A DNA stretch of 64,000 nucleotides from Dehalococcoidia bacterium (lineage in GTDB: Bacteria > Chloroflexota > Dehalococcoidia > Lucifugimonadales > GCA-2712585), in the NCBI GenBank assembly GCA_965261665.1, contig OZ253467.1:2503941-2567940 (forward strand), in the 5' to 3' direction. Positions within the stretch are counted from its first letter, which is position 1, and every line of letters begins with the position of its first letter. The position numbers were made by a program, and so were the translations under genes. Below are positions 1 through 9,582 of the stretch, one piece after another. Under the pieces are notes generated by a model that searched no databases, was not told where the DNA came from, and saw nothing but the letters and a program-made list of their open reading frames with translations.

Positions 1-1067
1 ACAAGCTCACCTACCCCACCGCCTTCGTTCTCGACCAGGAGAACGTGGAGACGGGCCGACGCTGGGTGCGGGAACCCAATGGCTCCGGCCCCTTCATGTT
101 GTCAGAGTACGTCCCCGGGGAGAGGCTGATTTTAACCAAGAACCCCAACTACCACCTGGGCCCGGCTTATTTGGAGCAGGTGGAGCTGATTCTCAGCGGC
201 GGCACTTCCATGCTCATGTACGAGAACGACGAGATTGACATTACGGGCGTGGGGATTGCCGACCTGGATAGGCTGCTGGACCCGAACAACGGCCTAAACG
301 CAGACCTTCAGCGTGCCCTTCCTTCCTTCAGCACCAGCTACATAGGGATGAATACGACGGTGCCGCCCTTCGACGACGTGAAAGTCCGGCAGGCGCTGAA
401 CTATGCCGTCAACCGGCAGGAGATAGCCAGCCTGGTGCTGGGAGACCTGGTGACCCCGGCCAAAGGCATACTGCCGCCGGGATTTCCGGCCTTCAACTCC
501 GAACTTGCAGGCTACACCTACAATCCGGAGAAGGCACAGCAGCTGCTCAGCGAGTCCAAGTACGCCGACAATATAAGCGACTATCCCATGATTCTGACAG
601 TGGCGGGCGGCTTCGGCGCGTCGGTGGACCTGGACCTGGAGAGCATCACCTTCTCCTGGCAGGAAGTGCTGGGTGTACAGGTGGAGTTCCAGCAGACGGA
701 GTTCGCTACGTACCTACAGGACCTGCACAAGCGTCGATTCGACATGTTCCAGATTGCCTGGATTGCGGACTACCCGGACCCGGAGAACTTTCTGGACATT
801 CTGTTCCACAGCGAAAGCAGCAACAATCATACCCGTTACAGTAACTCGGAAGTCGACCGGCTGTTGGAAAAGGCCCGCACAGAGAGAGACCAGACCACCC
901 GGTTCGATCTCTATAAGCAAGCCGAAGAGATAATCGTGGACGAAGCGCCCTGGATCCCGCTATGGCACAGCGGCGAGCAGTACGTTCTGGTGAAGCCTCA
1001 TGTCAAGGATTACTACCTGACCCAGCTGATAGTGCCCAGACTCAGATTTGTTCGTATCGACGAATAG
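1..1067 (+). CDS. ABC transporter substrate-binding protein, peptide/nickel (family 5) type; 5' end cut by window edge
   Basis: The frame is open from the window start to TAG at 1065-1067. The C-terminal sequence is family-5 SBP-like (..FQIAWIADYPDPENFL.., ..YSNSEVDRLLEKA..). Two cognate permease genes follow immediately. Confidence 0.8.
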   Translation, partial: KLTYPTAFVLDQENVETGRRWVREPNGSGPFMLSEYVPGERLILTKNPNYHLGPAYLEQVELILSGGTSMLMYENDEIDITGVGIADLDRLLDPNNGLNADLQRALPSFSTSYIGMNTTVPPFDDVKVRQALNYAVNRQEIASLVLGDLVTPAKGILPPGFPAFNSELAGYTYNPEKAQQLLSESKYADNISDYPMILTVAGGFGASVDLDLESITFSWQEVLGVQVEFQQTEFATYLQDLHKRRFDMFQIAWIADYPDPENFLDILFHSESSNNHTRYSNSEVDRLLEKARTERDQTTRFDLYKQAEEIIVDEAPWIPLWHSGEQYVLVKPHVKDYYLTQLIVPRLRFVRIDE

Positions 1068-1079
1068 GCTCTAATCTCT

Positions 1080-2006
1080 ATGGGGGCCTACGTTATAAGA
1101 CGCCTGGCGTGGACGCCGGTACTGCTTCTAATCGTGGCCCTCATTACTTTTCTGCTCGGCACCTATGGCCCTGGAGACCCGGTGGAGGTTCTCCAGGGCC
1201 AATATAATAATCCCGATGTAGTGGAGCGGATCCGTCAGCAGCGGGGATTGGATAGGAACGTCTTCGTCCAATACGGTGTTTACATCAAGAACCTGGTGCG
1301 GGGCGACCTGGGGGAAAGCTTCAAGTACCGGGACCGCACGGTGGCGGAACTCATCGGCAAGCGCATCTGGGTATCGGCTCAGCTGGGGCTCGCGGCATCC
1401 ATCGTAGCGCTGTCTCTTGGCATACCCCTGGGCGTCTATACCGCCATGAAGCAGGGCACGTGGATTGACGTTACCACCGTGAGCATCACCCTATTCTTCA
1501 TGTCGCTGCCCGTCTTCATCACCGCGCCGTTGCTTCTGCTCACCTTCGGCCTTTGGTTGGGCATCCTGCCCATTCAGGGTTGGGGAGGCTTTTTCGATCC
1601 GCGCATCGTCATGCCCGCCCTGGTGCTGGGAGTGCCCGGGATAGCGGTGATTACCCGCCTGACCCGCGCCAGCACCCTGGAGGTTATATCCCAGGACTAC
1701 GTTAGGACGGCGCGGGCCAAGGGTCTGGGCGAGTTTCTCGTGCGAAGACGGCACATTCTGCGGAATTCCCTTATACCCGTCTTCACTGTGGTGGGCCTCT
1801 CGCTGGCGACGCTGGTGGAGGGTTCCTTCATTACGGAAGGCTATTTCGGCATTCCGGGCATCGGCAGCCTGGCCATCGAAGCTTTCTTCTCCAGAGACTA
1901 TCCGGTGATTACGGCTCTCGTGCTGATAATCGCCGCAGCCTTCGTGGCAGCCAATCTCATTGTAGACGTGGGCTATCGCTTCCTTGACCCGCGCATCCGG
2001 TACTAG
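1080..2006 (+). CDS. ABC transporter permease (DppB/OppB-like)
   Basis: 308-aa polytopic ORF with the N-terminal MGAYVIRRL.. pattern and the EAA-loop-like ..DYVRTARAKGL.. typical of binding-protein-dependent permeases. It starts 13 nt after the SBP gene. Confidence 0.85.
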   Translation: MGAYVIRRLAWTPVLLLIVALITFLLGTYGPGDPVEVLQGQYNNPDVVERIRQQRGLDRNVFVQYGVYIKNLVRGDLGESFKYRDRTVAELIGKRIWVSAQLGLAASIVALSLGIPLGVYTAMKQGTWIDVTTVSITLFFMSLPVFITAPLLLLTFGLWLGILPIQGWGGFFDPRIVMPALVLGVPGIAVITRLTRASTLEVISQDYVRTARAKGLGEFLVRRRHILRNSLIPVFTVVGLSLATLVEGSFITEGYFGIPGIGSLAIEAFFSRDYPVITALVLIIAAAFVAANLIVDVGYRFLDPRIRY

Positions 2007-2012
2007 AGTCGT

Positions 2013-3023
2013 GTGGAGAAGGAAGGCAAGTTCTTGACGACCACTCAAGTTGAAATGACGGCGGGTGGGGGATTCGGCCCCTCCGGCAGCCTGTGGGCCC
2101 TGGCCCTACGTAGGTTGCTGCGAAAGAAAATCGCCGTGACCTGCCTGGCTATAATAGGAATCATGTACCTGGCGGGGGCTTTCACGATATTCAGGTCGCC
2201 AACCCCCTACGGGTACAACGACCAGGACCTGCGGGCCGAATCAGTGAAGCAAGGCCCAAGTCTAGCTCACCCCTTCGGGACCGACCGGCTGGGCCGGGAC
2301 CTGCTAACCCGGGTCATCTACGGACTGCGAACGACGGTAATCATCACCGTGGCCGCAGTACTGACGGGCAGCCTGCTGCTGGGCATCGGCATGGGGCTAA
2401 TTTCGGGCTACTTCGGCCGGTGGCTGGACTCGGTGATAATGCGCGTCGGCGAGGTGTTCTTAGCCTTTCCAGGCCTGCTGCTGGTCATTCTCATTGCAGC
2501 GACGGTGAAGCCAAGGGTGAAGGAGTGGGTGGAAGGTTGGTCCGGCGGCCTGGAGAACCTTACCGGCATAGACCTCATCCAGCTGGGAATCGTCGATTAC
2601 GTGGTGCTGTTCGCCGCCCTTTCCGCATTCTCCTGGGTGGGCATGGCGCGGCTGGTGAGGGGCCAAGTCCTTTATGTAAAGCAGAGCCAGTACGTGGAGG
2701 CGGCGGTAGCCATGGGCGCCTCCCACTGGCGCATTCTAACGTCCCACGTGCTGCCGAACATCATCAGCCCCATCATTGTGGTGGTGTCCATGGGGATGGG
2801 AGCCACCGCGGGCTCGGAGATCATCCTGAGCTGGCTGGGCGTCGGCATTCAGCCGCCCACTCCCAGCCTGGGGGTGATGATTTACAAGAACGGCAACATC
2901 GGCGTGCTCCGGTCCGACCCTCACCTGATTCTCTTCCCGGTGCTAACGGTGACGGTGCTTATCTTCGCCTTCAATCTGCTGGGGGACGCTCTCAACGACG
3001 CGCTGAATCCCCGCGCCCGATGA
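2013..3023 (+). CDS. ABC transporter permease (DppC/OppC-like)
   Basis: 336-aa polytopic ORF with ..YVEAAVAMGASHWRIL..HVLPN.. (EAA loop) and a C-terminal ..GDALNDALNPR typical of DppC/OppC. No ATPase genes follow it. Confidence 0.85.
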   Translation: MEKEGKFLTTTQVEMTAGGGFGPSGSLWALALRRLLRKKIAVTCLAIIGIMYLAGAFTIFRSPTPYGYNDQDLRAESVKQGPSLAHPFGTDRLGRDLLTRVIYGLRTTVIITVAAVLTGSLLLGIGMGLISGYFGRWLDSVIMRVGEVFLAFPGLLLVILIAATVKPRVKEWVEGWSGGLENLTGIDLIQLGIVDYVVLFAALSAFSWVGMARLVRGQVLYVKQSQYVEAAVAMGASHWRILTSHVLPNIISPIIVVVSMGMGATAGSEIILSWLGVGIQPPTPSLGVMIYKNGNIGVLRSDPHLILFPVLTVTVLIFAFNLLGDALNDALNPRAR

Positions 3024-3127
3024 GGGATGAGGGGTTTCAACGCCTTCGCGTTCAGCTTGGGTATGCCAGACGGCGCGCCACCTTCCGGCTAGCCCTTTGC
3101 CGCGGGGCCGAACGCTCCGGCACAGTC

Positions 3128-4561
3128 CTAGAGCGGCGGCTTCCTGAGCCGACGCAGACCTAGCATTCCCAAGGGTCCGGCCAGCAGCAGCAGCATGAAG
3201 GGTTCCAAGGGTACGGAGGCGTTGACGCGGGCGTCCCTATTGCATCCACCGGGGCGGCGGTCCGCCTCAACGTCGCCCTCCTTGGGTTCTGCTGTGGCGT
3301 CGTCGCTTTCTCCTTCGGCTGGCACATCGGGAACGGCAGCGATCGGCGGCGCAGGTTCGGTAGTGGGAGGGGCCTGTTCGGGAGGAGCCTCTTCATAGCC
3401 GAAGGGGCGCAAACCCATGCGGCTTCGCCATTCCGTGTCCAACCCGTCCTGGTCGAATCCGTAGACCTCCTGCATAGCCTCGTTCAGCGAAAAAGTCTGG
3501 TCGAGCTGGGCCATGAGTTCCGCCATTCTCTCCTCGCCATAGGTGTTGATGAGGTAGGACACCACGGAACGGGACTGGCCGTAGGAGATAACCACGTCAT
3601 CGGGGTCGCCCGCGAATCTGGTGAGGTACGCGAGGGGCTTCACACGACGGGTGTAGATGCCGTACAGGAGGGCGTTGTCGTAGCTTTCGCTGGGAGCCAC
3701 GTTGCCGAATTCCGCCAGTCCTTCGTTGAGCCAGGCGGGAATGATCGTGTAAGCGCGTCCCGCGGCGTCGTCCACCAGCACGTGTGTCACCTCATGGGAG
3801 GCGATGCCTTCGATATCCGGGTCCGTGCCCAGCACCAGCAGCACCCGGATATCGGTGAAGGCCTGCCCCTGGGTGATAAGCCCTTCGCGCACGGTCTGGG
3901 CGCGGGGCGGAAGCGCAGACGACATGTGCCTGTAGTTGTTGTAGGCAATTATGTTAATTGGCTCTACCTGCTCAACGCCCAGAACCCGGGCCATGTTCGT
4001 GGTGGCGTCCAGGGAGGCGTCAAGAATGGACTTGGCGCGGGTCTCCGTAGGCCCGTAGTAGTAGACGGTTAGGGGGCCTTCCGAGATGGGCGTCCACTCG
4101 AATCGGGAGTCGGTATAGACGAACTCCTTCTGCTCCGTCTTGAAAGATTCGCCATCTTCGGTAAACACCTGATAATGGTAGCGAAACACTGCGCCGGGCG
4201 GAATGAAGGCGGTTCCCCCGGCGCTGCCTACGCTGGTATCAAGGAAAAAGCTGGCCTGGGTAGCAGGACCTTCATCGAATTCCAAGAGACCGTAGGAGAT
4301 GGTGTCAGCGCCCGGCGACTTGTAGAAGACCCGAATGTCGTCAACGGGGCTGTCTGTCTCGAGGGAGAGGTTGAAGGAGATGCCGTCTGGAAACTGGCTG
4401 GTAACTTCGTCGACCAGGATTACGACACTGTCGTCGGCGCTGGCGGTGGTCAGGCCAGCGGCCAAGATTAGGGCCGCCGATGCAAAGGTGGCAAAGGCTA
4501 TGAGTCTTCTCACTGGGACACTTCCACTATATATGTGAAGGGTTTCCTTTCTCCCTCCCAA
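3128..4561 (-). CDS. Exported gluzincin (peptidase-MA-like) metalloprotease with C-terminal sorting-signal-like tail
   Basis: 477-aa ORF. HExxH (..SHEVTHVLVDD..) is followed about 25 aa later by ..WLNEGLAEF.. There is an N-terminal hydrophobic signal/anchor; GTG at 4513 with an upstream GGAAG is an alternative start. A P/A/E-rich linker leads to the tail ..VPLEPFMLLLLAGPLGMLGLRRLRK. Confidence 0.6.
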   Translation of the reverse strand: MGGRKETLHIYSGSVPVRRLIAFATFASAALILAAGLTTASADDSVVILVDEVTSQFPDGISFNLSLETDSPVDDIRVFYKSPGADTISYGLLEFDEGPATQASFFLDTSVGSAGGTAFIPPGAVFRYHYQVFTEDGESFKTEQKEFVYTDSRFEWTPISEGPLTVYYYGPTETRAKSILDASLDATTNMARVLGVEQVEPINIIAYNNYRHMSSALPPRAQTVREGLITQGQAFTDIRVLLVLGTDPDIEGIASHEVTHVLVDDAAGRAYTIIPAWLNEGLAEFGNVAPSESYDNALLYGIYTRRVKPLAYLTRFAGDPDDVVISYGQSRSVVSYLINTYGEERMAELMAQLDQTFSLNEAMQEVYGFDQDGLDTEWRSRMGLRPFGYEEAPPEQAPPTTEPAPPIAAVPDVPAEGESDDATAEPKEGDVEADRRPGGCNRDARVNASVPLEPFMLLLLAGPLGMLGLRRLRKPPL

Positions 4562-4642
4562 TAGTGCTACGAAGGAAATCCGCAGCGGGATTTATGGGGC
4601 GACGCCTCCGGCTGACCACCCTGTTACAAATTGCCGACTATG

Positions 4643-5794
4643 CTACCGGGTGATGAACATGGGCATAATCAGGTGTACGTACTGGTCGGAGCCGGGGGAG
4701 GTGAACACGCCGGCGCGGGAGGGGCCGCTGGTCTTGATGGATACCTCTTCCCCGTCGATGTTGCCGAGAACGTCCAGCAGGTACTGGCCATTGAAGGCAA
4801 TGGTTGACTCCTCGCCGGTTATATTGCCGTCGAGCTCGGCGGTATTCTCACCGACCTCGTCATCCTTGGACGAAATGATCATCTGACCCGTCGGGCCGTC
4901 TTCACTGCCGGAGTTCATCTGTAGCTTGACAATGTTGTTGCTGTCTCTAACGAAGATGTTGACGGACCTGGAAGCCGCCAGCATGTCCGTGATTCTAAGG
5001 GTCGCCTCCGCCTTGGTGTCTCTCATGGCGTCTTCGAGGAGGTCCATATAGCGGGGGAAGTTCCCCTGAATGATCTGGGAGACGATTTGCAAGTCATCGA
5101 GCCGGAACAGCACCTGGTTCTTGGAAGAGGACACCAGCACGTCCATGGTCGAGTCCTGTTCGCCAATGAGACGACTCACCTCGCTGAAAGTGCGCGCGGG
5201 GATGATGACGTTCACGGGCTTTTCCACCGGCTTCAAGATGCTGCCTTGCTTTACAGCCAGGCGGAAGCCGTCGGCGGCGGCCAGGGTCAGCTTGTCCCCC
5301 TCTATCTCCACCAGTATGCCGGAAAGGACGGGCCGGGTCTCTTCGGTGTCAGCGGCAAAGGCGGTCTGGTCGATGGACCGCTTGATGTCCCGGGTGGAGA
5401 CTTGGAACTCAACGCCTTCTTCGGCGGAGATGGTGGGAATGGGGGGAAAGTCTTCGGCGTCGGTGCCGCTGATCCGGGCGTTGATGCGGCCGCTATTGAG
5501 ACTCAGGCTCTTTGGTCGCTCGCTTCCAGTGATCTCTATCTGGCCCGCAGGGAGGGAGCCGATGAACTCCGTGAGGAGCCGTGCTGGCACGGTGATGGAA
5601 CCTTCCTCCTCTATCATGGCCCCAATCCAGGTGGTGATGCCGATTTCAAGATTTGTGGCGGAAAGCTTGAGCCTTCCACCATCGGTGGCCAGGAGAACGT
5701 TCTGGGTGATGGGAAGGGTGCTACGAACGGCGACGGCCCGGCCAACGACGGCCAAGGCTCTGCTCAGGTTCTCCTGCAGACAAGACAGCTTCAT
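4643..5794 (-). CDS. dnaN: DNA polymerase III beta sliding clamp
   Basis: The translation MKLSCLQENLSRAL..TLPITQNVLL..LKLSATNLE.. and a length of about 383 aa are typical of DnaN. The start was moved from the ORF-track ATG (5821) to ATG 5794 (MKLS..). Confidence 0.9.
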   Translation of the reverse strand: MKLSCLQENLSRALAVVGRAVAVRSTLPITQNVLLATDGGRLKLSATNLEIGITTWIGAMIEEEGSITVPARLLTEFIGSLPAGQIEITGSERPKSLSLNSGRINARISGTDAEDFPPIPTISAEEGVEFQVSTRDIKRSIDQTAFAADTEETRPVLSGILVEIEGDKLTLAAADGFRLAVKQGSILKPVEKPVNVIIPARTFSEVSRLIGEQDSTMDVLVSSSKNQVLFRLDDLQIVSQIIQGNFPRYMDLLEDAMRDTKAEATLRITDMLAASRSVNIFVRDSNNIVKLQMNSGSEDGPTGQMIISSKDDEVGENTAELDGNITGEESTIAFNGQYLLDVLGNIDGEEVSIKTSGPSRAGVFTSPGSDQYVHLIMPMFITR

Positions 5795-6171
5795 ATACCA
5801 GACCTCTTTCTTGAAGTGCACGTATGATAAGGCGTTGCCCGAAAAGGGTCAACACGTGGGCCCATATAATAAAGGTTGCAGCGGCCCCAGAAGAGGGGGT
5901 CGAAGGAGCCGAGTTGATGTTAGAGTCCAAATGCGGGGCGGAAGGCCCTCTTGGGAAATGCATGTAAGGGCTACATGAATGCGACTGACCAATTCTCTAG
6001 AAAAAATGTAACGGGTTCAGCGTCTCTGCAACCGAATCCATTGTCTGCATGCCGTTACCGGGAAATCTGTGGTGGGAAAAACTTTGCAAATAAACTTTAT
6101 GCTCTGCCCGTGGAGGTACGCTCGTTACACCGAACGAGGTGATCTGTTGAAGGGCAAATACGGTGACTTTT

Positions 6172-6212
6172 GCAAAAAGGTAAAGTGGCAAGGCGCATTA
6201 CCTTGCCACTTT
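6172..6212 (-). terminator. Rho-independent terminator downstream of the HTH gene
   Basis: Perfect 12-bp inverted repeat AAAGTGGCAAGG (6182-6193) / CCTTGCCACTTT (6201-6212) with a 7-nt loop. On the minus strand it is followed by ACCTTTTTGC. It lies 20 nt past the stop of the 6232-6456 gene. Confidence 0.55.
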
Positions 6213-6231
6213 AGAACAATTGGGGCCAAAT

Positions 6232-6456
6232 TTAGCTGGACCGCTTGACCTCTAGGGTCTCTCCTGGGGCCAAAGCAACCCTGCGAACCTCGATTCCGAG
6301 CTTGAGGAGCCAGTATCCCAAGGTGGCCTTGCTGACCCCCAGTTCCGCCGCAGTCTCGGAAAGACCAAGTTCGTTGACCTTCTCGGGGAGAAGCTTCTCC
6401 AAGTCTCTTTGGTACGCTTCTTCGACCCTTTTCATCAACTTTGTCTTTCTAGCCAA
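6232..6456 (-). CDS. Small helix-turn-helix DNA-binding protein
   Basis: 74-aa ORF. The segment ..LGLSETAAELGVSKATLGYWLLKLG.. is a classic HTH. It has its own terminator and lies upstream of dnaN on the same strand. Confidence 0.55.
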   Translation of the reverse strand: MARKTKLMKRVEEAYQRDLEKLLPEKVNELGLSETAAELGVSKATLGYWLLKLGIEVRRVALAPGETLEVKRSS

Positions 6457-6787
6457 ACTGCACCCCCTTACTAGCTATTTGGACTTCTTGTGGGGCATAA
6501 TAGCACCTGTTCTGGCGAAGTGTCAAGGGTGTCCTAGAGTTGTATAAGAAAAAGCTAAACTTTGTTCAGAACAGGATGGATTTTTTAGAACACACTCATT
6601 TTGGCCCGCTACATTTCTACTAATACGTCCGATCTCTAACCTTTCTTGGAATGATGACTACAGTGTTCAGGCTGAGGCATTACACTTATATATTTACCAA
6701 TTACCGGCCCCTTACCTTTATGGGCGGCAGTACAATGCAACGGTTCACCCCACTACCGCTCACTACCACAGCCTTGGAGGCTTCACC

Positions 6788-7798
6788 GTGAAACTAGGCA
6801 AGCTAACTCCCACCTTTCTGGAGGGCCTCCTGAGCGGGATAACAATAGAGGACTCACGAGTAATACTGGGCCCAAAGGTGGGCGAGGACGCTGCGCTGCT
6901 GGATTTCGGCGACGAGGTCCTGGTGGCCAAGACGGACCCCATAACCTTCGCTACGGATCTCATCGGCTGGTACGCGGTTCAGGTCAACGCTAACGACGTG
7001 GCCTGCGCCGGGGCGCGCCCCCGGTGGTTCATGGCCACCTTGCTCCTCCCCCAAGATATGGACGAAGAGGGTGTTTCGGAAATCTTCCGGCAGATTACCC
7101 AGGCCTGCCGCTCTTTGGGGGTTACGCTGGTGGGCGGCCATACGGAAGTGACACATAATCTCGATAAGCCCATCGTGGTCGGCTGCATGCTGGGGGTTGC
7201 GCCCAAGAGCCAGGCGTTGACTACCGCCGGCGCCCAGGTCGGCGATTATGTCATCTTGACTAAGGGCGTGTCCCTGGAAGGTTCCGCCCTGCTCGCCCGG
7301 GAGCGCGGAGAGGCGCTTCGGGAGGGCGGAATGGACTCTGACATGATTGAAGCCGCTGCGGGGCTTCTCTTCGACCCCGGCATCAGCGTAGTTACGGATG
7401 CCCGGGTTGCCTGCGACGCTGCCAACGTCCACAGTCTCCACGACCCGACCGAGGGGGGACTGGCCTCAGGCCTTCAAGAAGTGGCGTCAGCAGCAGGCGT
7501 TGGAATGGTGGTGGACAGGGAGCGTATCCCCTTCCTGCCCCACTGTGTGCAGATATGTAAAATTCTGAAGCTGGACCCCTTGGGCCTGCTAGCGTCCGGC
7601 TCTCTGATAATCACACTACCCCCGGACGAAGCTCCCCAACTGCTTTCCGCCCTGGCGCAGGAGGGCATTGCCGCTTGCCAGATTGGCCGGATTACCCCGC
7701 AGGAGGAGGGCATCATGCTGCGGGTGGAGGGAAGGCTCTTGCCCATGCCCACCTTCGAGCGGGACGAACTGGCACGCTACTTCGAAGAGTTGGGGTAG
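6788..7798 (+). CDS. AIR synthase-related (PurM/ThiL/HypE superfamily) protein
   Basis: 336 aa. The motifs ..VGEDAALL.., ..AKTDPITF.. and ..NANDVACAGARP.. are typical of the PurM-like ATP-binding fold. The specific function is not assignable. Confidence 0.7.
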   Translation: MKLGKLTPTFLEGLLSGITIEDSRVILGPKVGEDAALLDFGDEVLVAKTDPITFATDLIGWYAVQVNANDVACAGARPRWFMATLLLPQDMDEEGVSEIFRQITQACRSLGVTLVGGHTEVTHNLDKPIVVGCMLGVAPKSQALTTAGAQVGDYVILTKGVSLEGSALLARERGEALREGGMDSDMIEAAAGLLFDPGISVVTDARVACDAANVHSLHDPTEGGLASGLQEVASAAGVGMVVDRERIPFLPHCVQICKILKLDPLGLLASGSLIITLPPDEAPQLLSALAQEGIAACQIGRITPQEEGIMLRVEGRLLPMPTFERDELARYFEELG

Positions 7799-7812
7799 GG
7801 AGAGGCAGCCAT

Positions 7813-9441
7813 TTAGTCAGCTGCTGCCTGCTTCCCATCGGCCTGCTTCGACCCACCCCTAGGCGTTTGTCTGCCCCGCAGGGGCACTTCCTTCAGGAAC
7901 AGCGTGGCCACTATAGCTATGATTATGACAATTACGGAGATACTGAAGACATCCGCAATGGCGGCAGATAGGGAAGACCGGAGGGTTTCCAACAGCGGAT
8001 CCAACAGTCCGACCCCTTGAGGTCCCGCATCGACGAACACCTGCCGTAGGCCCGCCTGGGCGTCTGCGTTGACAAGCTCTTGGGGATTGCGGGCCAAGGC
8101 GTTCAGCCTTTCCGTCGTCAGCACCGTCTCCACCCCTGGGCTAACGGATTCCAAGAGATTGGAGGAAAACCGGTTGGTCAGGACGGAACCCAGAACGGCG
8201 AGTCCCAGCAATCCACCCACGCTTCGGAAGAATTGTGCCGCCGACGTTGCCACTCCCATGAATCGATGGGAAACGGAATTCTGTATGGCAATGGTGTAGG
8301 TGGGGAATGTGGTGCCCAATCCGAAACCCATGAGCACCAGGTTAAAGAGGGTAACGGCGAAGCTGGTTTCGGCTGTCATCCGAGAGATCAGAAAAAGCCC
8401 GACGACAAGTATGCTCAGCCCAATCAGCCCCTGCATCCGGTAATGGCCGCCCAATCTGGAGAGGGCTTGGCCGGAAAGGGTCGCTCCTACCACCATCCCC
8501 AGCATCATGGGCGTCATGATGGTCCCGGTGCTGGTGGCGGACTTCCCCAACACTCCCTGGGCGTAGAGGGGCACGAAGATAATCCCGCCAAACATGGCGA
8601 ATCCTGTGAGGAATACCGCTATGAGCGAGGAAGACATCACAGGGTTCTTGAATAGGTGCAAAGGCACTATGGGCTGCTCAGCCCGTGTTTCTACGAAAAT
8701 GAAGATTAGCGTCATTACGAGGGAGAGAACCAGGAATCCCAACACCTGAGGCGAACCCCACGAGTATTGAACGCCGCCCCACGAAAGGGCCAGCATAAGT
8801 GGCACCACAGATAGGATCAGCGTGGCTACTCCCAGAATGTCCAGCTTGTGCCGCACCGCTTCCGGCTTCACCTGGGGAAAGTAGAGGATGAATAGGACAA
8901 TGAGGGGAATTCCAAGGGGCAGGTTTATGTAAAATATCCAGTTCCACGAAAGCTGGTCCGTGATAAGGCCGCCAAGGATGGGACCGAGGATGGACGACAG
9001 GGCGTAGACGGATGCCACGTACCCCTGGTTCTTGCCCCGCTCCGCCGGGGGAAACAGGTCGCCCACGGCTACGAAGGCGATGGCCATTATCGAGCCGCCT
9101 CCAAGTCCCTGGATGGCCCTGAAGACAATGAGCTGAGTCATGGTCTGACTCAAGCCCGCCAGTACGGAACCTACCAGGAACACCACGATGGCAGCCAATA
9201 TGAACCACTTGCGCCCGTAGATGTCCGTGAGTCTGCCAACGATAGGAAGGACGGAAGTGGACGCCACCAGATATGAGGTGCTCACCCAAGTGTAGCGGTC
9301 GAAGCCACCTAAGTCCGCGACTATTCGCGGCAGGGCGGTGCTGACTACCGTCTGGTCCAGGGCGGAAAGGAACATGGCCATCAGCACGCCCGACATGGTA
9401 ATGACCACCTGCCGGCGGCTGAGAAGGTCGTAGCTATTCAT
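7813..9441 (-). CDS. MFS transporter, DHA2 (EmrB/QacA-like, ~14 TMS)
   Basis: 542-aa polytopic ORF. The N-terminus ..FLSALDQTVVSTALPRIVADLGG.. and ..GRLTDIYGRKW.. are DHA2 hallmarks. Confidence 0.8.
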   Translation of the reverse strand: MNSYDLLSRRQVVITMSGVLMAMFLSALDQTVVSTALPRIVADLGGFDRYTWVSTSYLVASTSVLPIVGRLTDIYGRKWFILAAIVVFLVGSVLAGLSQTMTQLIVFRAIQGLGGGSIMAIAFVAVGDLFPPAERGKNQGYVASVYALSSILGPILGGLITDQLSWNWIFYINLPLGIPLIVLFILYFPQVKPEAVRHKLDILGVATLILSVVPLMLALSWGGVQYSWGSPQVLGFLVLSLVMTLIFIFVETRAEQPIVPLHLFKNPVMSSSLIAVFLTGFAMFGGIIFVPLYAQGVLGKSATSTGTIMTPMMLGMVVGATLSGQALSRLGGHYRMQGLIGLSILVVGLFLISRMTAETSFAVTLFNLVLMGFGLGTTFPTYTIAIQNSVSHRFMGVATSAAQFFRSVGGLLGLAVLGSVLTNRFSSNLLESVSPGVETVLTTERLNALARNPQELVNADAQAGLRQVFVDAGPQGVGLLDPLLETLRSSLSAAIADVFSISVIVIIIAIVATLFLKEVPLRGRQTPRGGSKQADGKQAAAD

Positions 9442-9582
9442 CGGGACGCCAGCGCCGCTCCTCGCCGGTAGCTCGTGGGCACCAAGGCGTCAACTCTGCC
9501 ATCAGCGTCTGAGACCGCAGCACTTCAAATTCTCTGCCAGCAAACATTGTTCGCCAAATCTTCAATGCCGGGAAAATGTCCG

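Noticed and set aside
2420-3163. 247-aa plus-strand ORF
   Set aside because: It is an alternative frame of the DppC-like permease gene and is R/G/P/H-rich junk.
5070-5978. 302-aa and 246-aa plus-strand ORFs overlapping dnaN
   Set aside because: Both are antisense or alternative frames of the well-supported dnaN gene. They are S/R-rich with no motifs.
5822-6787. Possible chromosomal origin (oriC) next to dnaN
   Set aside because: No dnaA gene is adjacent, and I could not find TTATCCACA/TGTGGATAA-like DnaA boxes or clustered AT-rich 13-mers by eye. It is kept only as a low-interest note.
6788-7798. PurM-like protein considered as selenophosphate synthetase SelD, which would support the Sec hypothesis
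   Set aside because: It lacks the N-terminal Gly-rich Cys/Sec-Lys (..GxGC/UK..) loop of SelD. It looks like a generic AIR-synthase-related/HypE-like protein, so it is not evidence for Sec machinery.
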